Source of the DNA: Ostreococcus lucimarinus
Taxonomy: Eukaryota
Length of the DNA stretch: 64,000 nt
Assembly: GCA_000092065.1 (NCBI GenBank)
Contig: CP000601.1
Reading direction: 5' to 3' (one strand)
In this document: positions 37,681 through 47,479 of the stretch, piece after piece
How the letters are laid out: every line of letters starts with the position of its first letter
Position numbering within the stretch: position 1 is the stretch's first letter
The notes under the pieces: model-generated
The model's input: only the letters and a program-made list of their open reading frames with translations
Databases searched by the model: none
What the model was told of the DNA's origin: nothing
Position numbers and translations under genes: made by a program

Positions 37681-39024
37681 ATGGCGTCGGCGGCGGATCG
37701 CATCGCCGCACTTCGCGCGAAAGTCGTGAGCGAGCGAGAAAAAGCGCGCGAGACCTCGCAAATCGCGTCCTCGTCCGCGCGGTCGTCCACAGAAGCGGAA
37801 ACGGTCGCGGATGCTTCCATAGATTTTGAACGAAAACTCGCCGAGTTTCGCGCCGACGCCGACGCGAAGCTGCGCGAGGCCGTCGCGCGAGCGGTCGAAA
37901 AAGAACAAGCGAAGACAGCGGCGATCGTGGAAGCGATGAACGAGGGAAGCGGGGCGACGGAAGGCGCGGATGGAGACGATGCGCGGGCACTGCGGCAAAG
38001 GGTGGCGGCGTTGACGGAGCGCGCGAGCGAGGCGGAACGAATGCGGGGGATGGATCTAGCGAGGAATGCGTCGAGGGAGGACGAACACAAGAAAGAGATC
38101 GCGACGTTGAGGAGTGAGCGCGACAAGATGGCGACGGAATTGAAGAAATTGAGGGCACATTTGTTGGCGCTGGAGGACGAAGAGGACGAGGTGGCGGAGG
38201 AACAGGAACGAGAAATAGACGAGGCGAGAGAGGAGGAAAGGCGAGAATACGAACGGCGTTTAAGCGACTTGAAGAAGAACATGAGTGGAAACGATGCCGA
38301 GGTCACGAGGTTGCGGGAGGTGATAAAGGCTCGAGACGAAGAGGTGGAAAATTTACAAAAGGCGCTCGGGGCATATTACGCTGAAATCGAGAGCGCGGAC
38401 GCGCAGCGCATTGAGTCGGCGAATCTACGACAAAAGCTAGCCGCACTCACCTCGCAGGCGACTGCTGATAGAGCAGCATGCATGGAAGCCAAAGAAAAGG
38501 CGAAGGAAGCGGAGGAAAGGTTGACTAAGTTTGAGGCTCACTTGAAAATCGCCAAGGAGGAATGCATCAAGGCCACGAGCGACGCGAGTAAGCTCAGGAA
38601 AGCGCTCCATCACGCCCTTCAAAAGAGCAGCGATATGATGGTAGAGAGTGAGAAATTGTTGGATAAGCGCATAGTGAGCGATTTATTCATCGCTTATCTC
38701 GAACGCGAACGAGCGGAGGACGTGCTCGATTTGCTCGCAAAAATGCTCGGCTTCACCGACAAACAAAAGGCACGGATGGAAGCTCTAAAGAGACGACAGA
38801 AAAAGCGAGGTGTGCTCGGAACGATCGCGCGCGCGCCCGTGAGCATTGCAGCTGGTGCGATAGGCGTCGCACTCGAAGTTACGGGCGCTACGGGCGAGAA
38901 CAAACCAGTACCAGTCGCAGACTTGTGGATTTCGTTTCTCGAGCAAAACGCAGCCAACGACGAAGAAGTAGAGAACAAAATTCCGTCGTCAAGCGAGCTC
39001 ATCTCAGCCGCGCGCGAATTGTAG
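37681..39024 (+). CDS. long coiled-coil golgin-like protein with conserved C-terminal domain
   Basis: 447 aa, almost entirely heptad coiled coil (E/K/A/L-rich). C-terminal IVSDLFIAYLERERAEDVLDLLAKMLGFTDKQKARM, then hydrophobic GVLGTIARAPVSIAAGAIGVAL. GRIP-like or TM-anchored golgin architecture. Confidence 0.5.
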   Translation: MASAADRIAALRAKVVSEREKARETSQIASSSARSSTEAETVADASIDFERKLAEFRADADAKLREAVARAVEKEQAKTAAIVEAMNEGSGATEGADGDDARALRQRVAALTERASEAERMRGMDLARNASREDEHKKEIATLRSERDKMATELKKLRAHLLALEDEEDEVAEEQEREIDEAREEERREYERRLSDLKKNMSGNDAEVTRLREVIKARDEEVENLQKALGAYYAEIESADAQRIESANLRQKLAALTSQATADRAACMEAKEKAKEAEERLTKFEAHLKIAKEECIKATSDASKLRKALHHALQKSSDMMVESEKLLDKRIVSDLFIAYLERERAEDVLDLLAKMLGFTDKQKARMEALKRRQKKRGVLGTIARAPVSIAAGAIGVALEVTGATGENKPVPVADLWISFLEQNAANDEEVENKIPSSSELISAAREL

Positions 39025-39071
39025 AATAGCAATGTTAGGAATAGCAAAGATAGTAAATTACAAGCGCAGCG

Positions 39072-40277
39072 CTAGAGACGCGATTGCGCAACTTGCCACT
39101 GCTTCATCGCCTGTCTAACACCTAAATCGAGCATAATCTCCTCGCTCCCGCCCGGGATCGCATAAGCGCGAACATCGCGGTAGAGCCGCTCGATCTTTTC
39201 ACCTTGACCTCCCCGGACGTAAGAGGCCCCACCAAACACCTGAGCCGCTTCTCTGGCGCAAAATTCAAACACTTTGGTGCTCTGCACTTTGGCCAACGCG
39301 GTGATACCCGCAAGCGCTTTCGAAGATTCTTCCTTCGTCATGGTATTCATTTGATAGGTGATGGTCTCTAGCAAGTAATGCGTCGCCTCGACTTGTCGAA
39401 TCATCTCAGCGAGTTTGTGTCGAATCACTGGGTGCTCGATGAGTTTCTTACCAAACGTTCTTCGACGGTGCGCGTACTTGAACGATTCCTCATAGCACAC
39501 GCGTGCAAACCTATTCGCCTGAATCACAAACCCCCAACGTTCGTGATTGAAGTTGTGCATGATATACTTGAAGCCTTCGTTTTCTTTGCCGATCAAATTC
39601 TCGACTGGCACTTTCACGTCTTCAAAGGTGATGAACGTGGTGCCGCTCGCCCAAACGCCCATGCAGTCCATGCGGCGACAATCCACGCCAGGCATCGAAC
39701 GCTCGATGACTAGGAGCGAAATCCCACCCATGCCCGGCCCACCCGTGCGCACCGCGACGGTGAAATAATCTGCCCAAATCCCATTCGTGATCCATTTCTT
39801 CTCCCCCGTCACTCGATAAAACTTCCCGCTCGGATCCAACTTTGCCTCGCACCGAATGTTCGCCACGTCGCTGCCGGCGTACGGCTCCGTGATCGCCAGA
39901 CATATGATCCCTTCCCCTCGCAAGCACGGAGCTCCTACCCTTCGTCGCAAATCTTCGCTCCCAAAGTTCAAAACTGGTGGCAAACCGATGTGTATGCCCT
40001 CCAGTAGTCCCCAAAGTACGCCGCCGCTCCCGCACCGCGCGAATTCGTCAAAGACGATCAACTCATGAAAGTAATCAAAATGCTCCGGTTCCTCGCACTC
40101 GGGGACCAAATCCTTCGGCCACGGTTTTCCAACCACCGCGGGTAATATCCCAGCCGCGTACGTCGCTCTGTACACTTCTGGAGGTATGGTTTTCGTCTCG
40201 TCCCACTCGTGCACGTACGGCGCGATGTCCCGCTCCACGAACGCTCGCACCTTGTCTCGAAACTTCGCGTGCGACAT
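39072..40277 (-). CDS. acyl-CoA dehydrogenase family protein
   Basis: 401 aa with ACAD N-terminal, middle beta and C-terminal helical domains. GGSEEIMLDLGVRQ C-terminal signature. LAITEPYAGSDVANI. Confidence 0.9.
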   Translation of the reverse strand: MSHAKFRDKVRAFVERDIAPYVHEWDETKTIPPEVYRATYAAGILPAVVGKPWPKDLVPECEEPEHFDYFHELIVFDEFARCGSGGVLWGLLEGIHIGLPPVLNFGSEDLRRRVGAPCLRGEGIICLAITEPYAGSDVANIRCEAKLDPSGKFYRVTGEKKWITNGIWADYFTVAVRTGGPGMGGISLLVIERSMPGVDCRRMDCMGVWASGTTFITFEDVKVPVENLIGKENEGFKYIMHNFNHERWGFVIQANRFARVCYEESFKYAHRRRTFGKKLIEHPVIRHKLAEMIRQVEATHYLLETITYQMNTMTKEESSKALAGITALAKVQSTKVFEFCAREAAQVFGGASYVRGGQGEKIERLYRDVRAYAIPGGSEEIMLDLGVRQAMKQWQVAQSRL

Positions 40278-40318
40278 CGTGTAATACGGCGAATTAAACG
40301 TCGTGTACCACGACGGCT

Positions 40319-41731
40319 GTGATGACCATCGATTCGTACCGTCGTCAGTCCTCCGCGTCGCGTCGTCCGCGCGTCGCGTCGCGTCGATTCATTCGTTCCG
40401 TCGGGTTAGTAACCGTCCTCGGAATTCCATCGATTCGCGGCAGTCTCGTCGCGCGCGTCCGCGTCGTCCGCGCGCCCGATCGCGTCGCGTCGCGTCGCAT
40501 CGCACGCACGTCGCCGAAAGGCACGCCCTCGCCGAACGGCTCGCGCGTCGTCATGATTGAACGATTCGATCGATTGTGCCGTCGGCTTGAAGTGACGCGA
40601 CGCGACGACACACGCCGACGCCGACGCGGACGCGGACGCGAGGCGCGAGCACCGATGGCGAGGCGCGCGCAGTGGCGGTCGTTCGCGCACGCGAAGTGCG
40701 ACGTCGACGACGCCCTCGCGACGACGTTCGCGCTCGCGAAATCGGTCGAGGTGGCGGTGCCGCGAGGACGGCGCGACGACGAGGACGCGATCGCGCGCGC
40801 GCTCGACGACGACGCGAATGCGATCGTCGGGACACATTTCGAGGCGGAGATGTCGATCGCGGACGCGCTGGACCCGCACTTCGTGCACGAACACGTGCGA
40901 CGGTGGACGGCGGCGAAGACGAAGACGCGCGACGCGGGCGCGACGTTTGGGCTGACGACGATCGACGCCGAGGTAGATTCGGACGATTGTTTTTGCGTGA
41001 CGCCGAAGGGACGATTCGTTGCGTCGCTCATGGCGGACGCAAAGGAAAGTTTGGGGATGCAAACGACGGAGGACGCGCGCGGGAAGGCGCTCGCGAGCGT
41101 GAATTTGACGCGAGAAGAGTTCAAGGTGGGGAATTGGTTTCACGATCGAATCGGGGCGTGTGCGCGGGCGTTTGAGCAGCGAACGGGAAAGTCAAAGGTA
41201 TTGTGCGCGTACATGGTGAGTGGTGCGCACGAGGAGGTCAAGTTTCCACGCACAGTGACGGCGGCGAGGCGCGCAGAGAGCGTCAAGACTTCGTCGCAAG
41301 TTCGCGTCAATTTGGTGAGTCAAAGTGCCGTGTTACTCGCGTCTGCGAGTCCACCGATGAGAGGCGAGGAAAAGGACATCGATGTTGATGATTTAGATCG
41401 GATTTTAGAATTTTGTGGGCGCATAAGTCTAGGAGACGCCTACATGGAGGGCGCCGAGGACGACCGAGGCGACATCGTCGAGACGCGTCGCTGGCGAGGT
41501 TTGATGTTGTATCCAGATACTCGACGCGTGATTGATATCGCGCGAAGGATCGTGAACGATGGGCTCGCACCGTGGGCCGTCGTCACTGTTTGGGCTTTCG
41601 CACACATGCCGAGCGAACTCACAGGTGAGCCGAGAAAGAAAATTGAGCGCGACTCATGCGCGCCAAAGATGGGCGCCGTGTTCACCATCGTCTTGTACCC
41701 CGACGACAAGTATTTGAAATTCGTAGCGTAG
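40319..41731 (+). CDS. hypothetical protein (no recognised domain); R/S-rich N-terminus
   Basis: 470-aa ORF. First 110 aa are low-complexity and presequence-like, so the real start may be MARRAQWRSF at 40655. The body is non-repetitive with ordinary composition. Confidence 0.4.
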   Translation: MMTIDSYRRQSSASRRPRVASRRFIRSVGLVTVLGIPSIRGSLVARVRVVRAPDRVASRRIARTSPKGTPSPNGSRVVMIERFDRLCRRLEVTRRDDTRRRRRGRGREARAPMARRAQWRSFAHAKCDVDDALATTFALAKSVEVAVPRGRRDDEDAIARALDDDANAIVGTHFEAEMSIADALDPHFVHEHVRRWTAAKTKTRDAGATFGLTTIDAEVDSDDCFCVTPKGRFVASLMADAKESLGMQTTEDARGKALASVNLTREEFKVGNWFHDRIGACARAFEQRTGKSKVLCAYMVSGAHEEVKFPRTVTAARRAESVKTSSQVRVNLVSQSAVLLASASPPMRGEEKDIDVDDLDRILEFCGRISLGDAYMEGAEDDRGDIVETRRWRGLMLYPDTRRVIDIARRIVNDGLAPWAVVTVWAFAHMPSELTGEPRKKIERDSCAPKMGAVFTIVLYPDDKYLKFVA

Positions 41732-41878
41732 CGTAGGAAATAGTGTATAGCTTGTGTACTCGTACATATTATTAAAAAGTAGAATCTCGCCAATGTGAAA
41801 TTGTCCAGTGGAAGGTGGTGTGTGGTGTGTGGTACAATTAATCTGTTATCTTGAGACGTATTGAGAAAATTGTGTCCT

Positions 41879-43633
41879 TTACTTGGAGCCTTCGCCTTCG
41901 GCGCCGGAAGAACTTCGGGAGCCTTCTTTCGAACCTTCGTTCGAACCTTCGTTCGAGCCGTGACCGTACTCGTCCACTCCCTTGCCTTCGACTTCGCCGA
42001 CCTTGTTCGCCTCGCTCGCGTTGGTTTCGTTCGACTTTGGTTTGTTGTCCGATCCGTTTGAGACGTTTTCAGTCGTCGTCGTCGTCGTCGTCGTTTCATC
42101 GTTGTTTCGAGTGAACTGTCCGCGAACGCGAGGACGGGATTCCGAGAGCTTTTGTCGCGAAGGGTAAAGAACTTTCTTTTCGAAGTTCCTTTCCTTGCGC
42201 TTCTTCAAAAAGCGTCGAATCGCCGCGGCGCGATGCTCGGCGGCTTGGCTCGAGCTCGTCTGCTGGGTGTGATCGGCCGCAGTTTGTAAAACGTTGAAAA
42301 ACGGATTCGCCATATACGATTGATCCATCACTGAAGCGTCGACCGAAGACGCCGCCACCGCGGCGGCGGCGGCGGCGGCGGCGGAGAATTGGTTCATATC
42401 GGCGTACGGCGGCATCGGCGGCGGCACGGGCATTTCCATCTTCGGCATAATCGGTCCGTAAAATTTGGCGAAATCTGACGGTGGCATCATGGAAGACGCT
42501 TCATAAAACGAGTGATGCTGCTGCGTCAAGTCAACGCTCATCATTTGCACCGCGGTATCCTTGTTTTCGTTCTTAAGGTAGTTTTGAAACCCCTTGAACG
42601 CCGAACGCGAGTTTGATCGTCGAACGACGACGTGCTCAGACGCGTGCTCTGGTAAAGAGAGTTCGAGCATAGTCGTTGCCCCACCGTGCGCCTTGATGAG
42701 TTGCACGCTCAAGCCGCGGAACTTTTCGCCGTCGTTTGGATCACGCTGGCCCGACCCCGAGCCTTCGTGGGAGCCGCTACCGCTTCCCGTGCCTTGACCC
42801 GAGCCGCCCGAGCCGCAGTCTCCCGACCCACCCTCGCGACTGGCCCATCGATCGATCGCTTCGGCTTCGGCGCGTCTCGTGAGCGGTTTTTCGTTGTATT
42901 GATTATCGCTCCCCGAATCGTTTTGCCCACCGCCCGAGCCCCCCGCGACTTTTTCCCTGCTCGTGAGCTTGGTGAGCGACGACTTTGCGCTCCCGCCGAC
43001 GTTGTCGTTTGGATCCATGCAGTTCCCCGAACCCGAACCCTCACCTTCAACGCTACCACTTTCGTGGCTTTTTAACGCCCGCGTGTGCGCCAAGCTCTCC
43101 TTCAACTCGATGCGGTTCACCGGTTTCGTCAAGAAACCGGCGGCGCCCGAATTTTCAAATCGCGTCTTGCACGCCTTGCGCTCGTCCACGGTGGACATGA
43201 TGACGATCGGCACCCCGCGCAGGGTTTCGTTCGCCTTACACGCCTCCACCAGTTCGACTTCCCCGTCGAGTTCGGGCATCAACACGTCGAGCAAAATCAT
43301 ATCCACCGACGTGTCCTCCCTCGCGCTCTTCGGCGCCCCCCGCAAGACGTCCAAGACTTCGTTCCCATTCGTCGCCGCCACCACCTCCACCCCGAGCTCG
43401 CGCAGCATCGATTCCACCATCTTTCGCGTGTGCGCGTCGTCCGTCGCCAGCAGCACTCTCAAGTGCGCGCCCGCGTCGTTCAACCTCGGTCGCGCGCTCT
43501 TCCCATTCGTCTTCGCGCGCGCGCGTCCCGCGCGTCCCCCCCCCCCGCCCGCGTTTCTCGCGCTCGCGTCCTCGACCGCGTCCGCGAGCGCGTCCGCGAG
43601 TCGCGTCGCGCCCATCGCGTCGTCGTCCCGCAT
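41879..43633 (-). CDS. pseudo-response regulator / TOC1-like clock protein (receiver domain + C-terminal CCT motif)
   Basis: Receiver: LRVLLATDDAHTRKMVESMLRELGVEVVAATNGNEVLDVL...DMILLDVLMPELDG...IVIMS...GFLTKP. D-D, phospho-acceptor D and K positions are present. CCT: EHRAAAIRRFLKKRKERNFEKKVLYPSRQKLSESRPRVRGQFTR. G/S-rich middle and acidic C-terminal tail. Confidence 0.85.
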   Translation of the reverse strand: MRDDDAMGATRLADALADAVEDASARNAGGGGGRAGRARAKTNGKSARPRLNDAGAHLRVLLATDDAHTRKMVESMLRELGVEVVAATNGNEVLDVLRGAPKSAREDTSVDMILLDVLMPELDGEVELVEACKANETLRGVPIVIMSTVDERKACKTRFENSGAAGFLTKPVNRIELKESLAHTRALKSHESGSVEGEGSGSGNCMDPNDNVGGSAKSSLTKLTSREKVAGGSGGGQNDSGSDNQYNEKPLTRRAEAEAIDRWASREGGSGDCGSGGSGQGTGSGSGSHEGSGSGQRDPNDGEKFRGLSVQLIKAHGGATTMLELSLPEHASEHVVVRRSNSRSAFKGFQNYLKNENKDTAVQMMSVDLTQQHHSFYEASSMMPPSDFAKFYGPIMPKMEMPVPPPMPPYADMNQFSAAAAAAAAVAASSVDASVMDQSYMANPFFNVLQTAADHTQQTSSSQAAEHRAAAIRRFLKKRKERNFEKKVLYPSRQKLSESRPRVRGQFTRNNDETTTTTTTTENVSNGSDNKPKSNETNASEANKVGEVEGKGVDEYGHGSNEGSNEGSKEGSRSSSGAEGEGSK

Positions 43634-44057
43634 CGTCGCTCGCGCCCGTCGCCGCGCCTCCGTCGCGTCGTCGAGCGCGGTCCGGACGACGCGACGGACG
43701 CTGGTTTTCGCGCCGCGCCGCGCCGCGCCGCGCCGCGCGTCGATCGCGCCGCCGCGTCGATCGTCGCGCGCGTCGTGTGCCTGAGAATGCGGGGCGCGCG
43801 CGACGCGCGATCGACGAGTCGCGACCCGGCGCGGGGGGGCTCGAGCGAATCTTTTCGACGACGCTTTTTCGCCGCGAAAAAGCGAAACGCGGGATATTCG
43901 CAGACGTGTGATAAATGTACGTATTACACGCGTGTTGAAGGGTATGCAAAAGGGATCTCCCGCAATGATGCGTCCCGTTGAAAATATCTTCGAGCCGACG
44001 GCGGCGCGGTGGGCGGTCGGTCGCTCGGCGACGCCGGGCCGGGACGGGAAGGCGGAC

Positions 44058-45008
44058 TCACGCGCTCGAGGCGAGGGCGGCGGCGACGTCGGAGCCGAGG
44101 GCGGAGGCGAGATAATCGCCGATCGACGCGAACGGACGCGCGACGGCGAGGTCGAGGGCGAATAAGGCGAACCAAAACGCGCTGGGACGCGTCAAAAAGG
44201 CGCGGACGTAGTCGGCGTCCGACGAGACGACGTCGCGCGCGCGAAGTGAGGCGCCGAACGTGGACCAGTTCAGGAGCCAAATCAAACCAAACGTGCCGTG
44301 AGCCCATATCGTGGGGAGACCGGGTCTCGCGGCTTCGAGCGCGGCGACGGAGGCGACGTCGAGGACGCGCTGCGCCGGGAAAATTTGAGCTCCGAAACCG
44401 AGCGTGCCGAGCCACACCGCGAGCGCGGCGCGCTTGTCGTCCTTCGTGAACAGGACGATGTATGCCGACGTCATCGTTTGCCACACGAATGGCAACCACG
44501 CCAACCAAAGGGTGTCCAATCCGGGGACTCTGAGCGCGGGATCGACGACGCCCGCGAAGCGAACGCACTCCCACGTCAACACGAACTGAAACGCGATCGA
44601 TCGCGCGCTGAGCTCGGTTTTCCGCCAACCGCGGCTCTTTGAAAGTGGTAGTCCACTCAACGCGCACACCGTCGCCAGCGTGAGCGCGACGCCGGTCAAC
44701 GCGGGGTCCAGCCCCGGAGTCGCGCCGCCACCGCTCGTCAGCGCCGTCGCGTCGTCCAGCGCCCACTGGCCCATCATTCCCGCCCCTAGCGCGGTATATA
44801 ACGTTCCCGACACCGCGTGCGTGTGATACTTGTCCGCCTTGGTCCACATCCTGCGAAACGCGCGCTCGGGAGTCATTTCGTCGTCCTTTGAGCTCGTCGA
44901 CGCCTTCGCGCTCGTCGACGCCCGCGCGCGCGCGCTCGTCGACGCGCGCGCGCGTGGAGACGCGCATGACGACACTGTGTGCTTCGGCCACGCGTGGACG
45001 CGAGACAT
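44058..45008 (-). CDS. polytopic membrane protein of unknown function
   Basis: 316-aa ORF with about 7 hydrophobic helices. Alternative start MTPERAFRRMW at 44876. No motif recognised. Confidence 0.45.
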   Translation of the reverse strand: MSRVHAWPKHTVSSCASPRARASTSARARASTSAKASTSSKDDEMTPERAFRRMWTKADKYHTHAVSGTLYTALGAGMMGQWALDDATALTSGGGATPGLDPALTGVALTLATVCALSGLPLSKSRGWRKTELSARSIAFQFVLTWECVRFAGVVDPALRVPGLDTLWLAWLPFVWQTMTSAYIVLFTKDDKRAALAVWLGTLGFGAQIFPAQRVLDVASVAALEAARPGLPTIWAHGTFGLIWLLNWSTFGASLRARDVVSSDADYVRAFLTRPSAFWFALFALDLAVARPFASIGDYLASALGSDVAAALASSA

Positions 45009-45130
45009 CGTCCGCGATGACGGTGCGCGCGCGCGTGTGCGGGGCGGCGCTATTCACACGTCGAGTATACAGAGCTACTTATTACGACACCCACACATCG
45101 GAGGCGCTACTAGGCGTGACTGCGCTGTGA

Positions 45131-47347
45131 TCACGACGTGTCCATCTTCACCGCCGCGTTGACTTTGATTTTATCGATGAAGTGAATTGTTTCGGCTTTG
45201 GAGACCAACAAGTTGCATGACGTGCGACCGCGCCAGCACGCGATGGCGAGGTCCGCCTTGCTGACGTTGATGGCGGCCAGATCTTCATCGCGAGGAACGA
45301 GAATGCAGCATCCCAAAGTGAGATCGAGCAAGGCTTTTTTGGTTTCGGCGCAAGAGATGACGGCGCGTTGCGGCGCCTCTGCGCTGTACTCAAACGCCAA
45401 CGTGCGACGTTCAAGGATGGCTTTAAAGTCGTCAAAAGTCGGGCGAATGATGCGCTTTCTCACGAACGGGAACATCATCGGTATTCCGTCTTGCGTGAGA
45501 CGGAAATCACACATCGCACCAGAAGTTTCTTCTTGTTCTTTGACTTCATCCTTGATTTCCTGGCGCTCGAACGCCTTGAGCCCGCACGACGTCACGCGAA
45601 GACTTTCGTTGACGTCGCACGCTAAGTACTGGCGCAAGGAGTCGGTGATGGTGTACACACGCTTCGGTCGTGAAGTGTCCGCAGTGCGTGTGACACAATT
45701 TTTGTGTAACGCAATGTCATCGCTTTCGATACCGTAGACACTGTAGATGCTATTGATCACCTTCGGATCGTTCACCGGAAGCACAGGATCGATGCCGAGC
45801 CATCGACTGCCCCCGTTCGGACCCGTCGCGCCTCTGTGTGGGAGCAAATACTCGCCTTTGTCGTCGACTTCCGGAGGTATAGACGCAGTCTGACCCTTGC
45901 GGGCCAACGTGATCACCTCATGTGACATCTCGATCTCGTTCTTCGCGTTCACGTTGAGCGAAAGGCGAACACGCTCCTTCACAGTTTGCTTCTTTGCGTT
46001 CACGTCTTCTTTGATCTCCATGGGCTTAACTTTCTGGAATACGGCGACAAAGAATCCACCAGTGTCTTGATGATGAGGCAAAAGTCGCAGACATCGCTCC
46101 AACGGCAGTTTCTTCGTCTCTTCGTCGGAGAACATCGTCTCGCAGAGCTTGAACATTTGCTCCTCGCCTCGAAAGCTTGGGTGATAGCCAAACTTATCCC
46201 ACACTTGCCAATCGCGCAATCCAGGGCTACGCTTCAAGTCTGGCAATTCGTCACTCACATCGAGAAGCTCCAAAGCACCATCGCATTCCTTCAACAACGC
46301 CGCCACGACAGCTTCGTTTTCAATCGGATTCAGCGAGCACGTGCTGTACACGAGACGACCGCCCACCTTGAGGAGCTGAGCACCGCGAGCAGCGATTCTA
46401 AGCTGTAAGGTATGCAAACCGTTACCATTACCAGGAGTCCATCTGTTCCAGATATCCGGTGCCTTGCGCATCGTCGCGTCGCCCGAGCACGGTACGTCGC
46501 ACAGGATGGCGTCAAAGTCGAAGAGTTCACCCTTTGGGCCTTTGATGATGGGATAGTTTTGCGCTTCATGATTGGTCACGAGTAACGTCGGTGAGTTCGC
46601 TCGCTTCGTTTGATGCGTCAGTAAGTTGCAACGCTTCAAATCGACGTCATTGGCGACGACGATTCCGGTGGGAAGCTTGGTGTTGCCGTCAAAATCACCG
46701 TGCATGCGTTCCAAAATCTGAAACGTCTTGCTTCCCGGCGACGCGCACATGTCCAAAATTCGATGATGCGGTTGCGCATCCAAGAAAAACGGAGGAATCA
46801 TCGATACTGCCTCTTGCCTAGAGATCGACCCGAGCTCGTTAGCGTTCTTGATGAAGTCGAAAATTCCTTGCAGCGCCGGCAACCGTCGCAACTGCGCTCG
46901 CGTATAACTACACTGCCACGCCAATCGCTCGGGATACCACGCCAACGGCTTCGGCGGCGGTAATTCATTTTGTTCCTCATCTTTCAATTCCTCTTTGAGC
47001 AATTCCGCGAACAGTGTCCCCTCCAATTGGTCTCGCATATCCGTCGCGAACTTTCCACTTCCATTGATTCTAAACGTCATCGGCAACGGCGACCGCATGC
47101 AGTCCAAAAACGTCTCCCACTCGCTCTCCGGGACGATATTCTGGGCTTTGTAGTACGTCTCAAACGCTTTGTTCGTCTTCTGGATGTCGTGATAGCCGTC
47201 GTGCGCGTTCCCTCGTTCACCTCGCGCATCCATGCCGCCGCCGCCGTCGCGTTTTTGTCGCTTGAAGTCGCGCGCGAAGGCGCCGCTTTGAGGACCGTTC
47301 CCGCGACCACCGCCTCCTCGACGCTTGTTAAATCGACCCCGACCCAT
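45131..47347 (-). CDS. NSUN2: tRNA (cytosine-5)-methyltransferase NSUN2/Trm4 (NOL1/NOP2/Sun family)
   Basis: ILDMCASPGSKT, FDAILCDVPCSGDATMRK (motif IV, catalytic Cys), LVYSTCSLNPIENEAVV (motif VI Cys). 738 aa with an R/G-rich N-terminus. Confidence 0.9.
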   Translation of the reverse strand: MGRGRFNKRRGGGGRGNGPQSGAFARDFKRQKRDGGGGMDARGERGNAHDGYHDIQKTNKAFETYYKAQNIVPESEWETFLDCMRSPLPMTFRINGSGKFATDMRDQLEGTLFAELLKEELKDEEQNELPPPKPLAWYPERLAWQCSYTRAQLRRLPALQGIFDFIKNANELGSISRQEAVSMIPPFFLDAQPHHRILDMCASPGSKTFQILERMHGDFDGNTKLPTGIVVANDVDLKRCNLLTHQTKRANSPTLLVTNHEAQNYPIIKGPKGELFDFDAILCDVPCSGDATMRKAPDIWNRWTPGNGNGLHTLQLRIAARGAQLLKVGGRLVYSTCSLNPIENEAVVAALLKECDGALELLDVSDELPDLKRSPGLRDWQVWDKFGYHPSFRGEEQMFKLCETMFSDEETKKLPLERCLRLLPHHQDTGGFFVAVFQKVKPMEIKEDVNAKKQTVKERVRLSLNVNAKNEIEMSHEVITLARKGQTASIPPEVDDKGEYLLPHRGATGPNGGSRWLGIDPVLPVNDPKVINSIYSVYGIESDDIALHKNCVTRTADTSRPKRVYTITDSLRQYLACDVNESLRVTSCGLKAFERQEIKDEVKEQEETSGAMCDFRLTQDGIPMMFPFVRKRIIRPTFDDFKAILERRTLAFEYSAEAPQRAVISCAETKKALLDLTLGCCILVPRDEDLAAINVSKADLAIACWRGRTSCNLLVSKAETIHFIDKIKVNAAVKMDTS

Positions 47348-47479
47348 TTCGAGGGAAGTTCCGTCGCGCGCGCGCGAGTGCGGCGGCGACTCGATCGCGA
47401 TTGCTTTGGCGGCCGTGAGGTCAAAAAGTCTCTGACAATCATCGCGAATACAATTTATTACAATTTGGCCGCAACCGCG

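Noticed and set aside
37337-38158. 273-aa ORF on the minus strand (MPSISSIPSPSCRAHSS...)
   Set aside because: It is low-complexity S/P/R-rich and overlaps both the Rpp29 gene and the coiled-coil gene on the opposite strand, so it was judged spurious.
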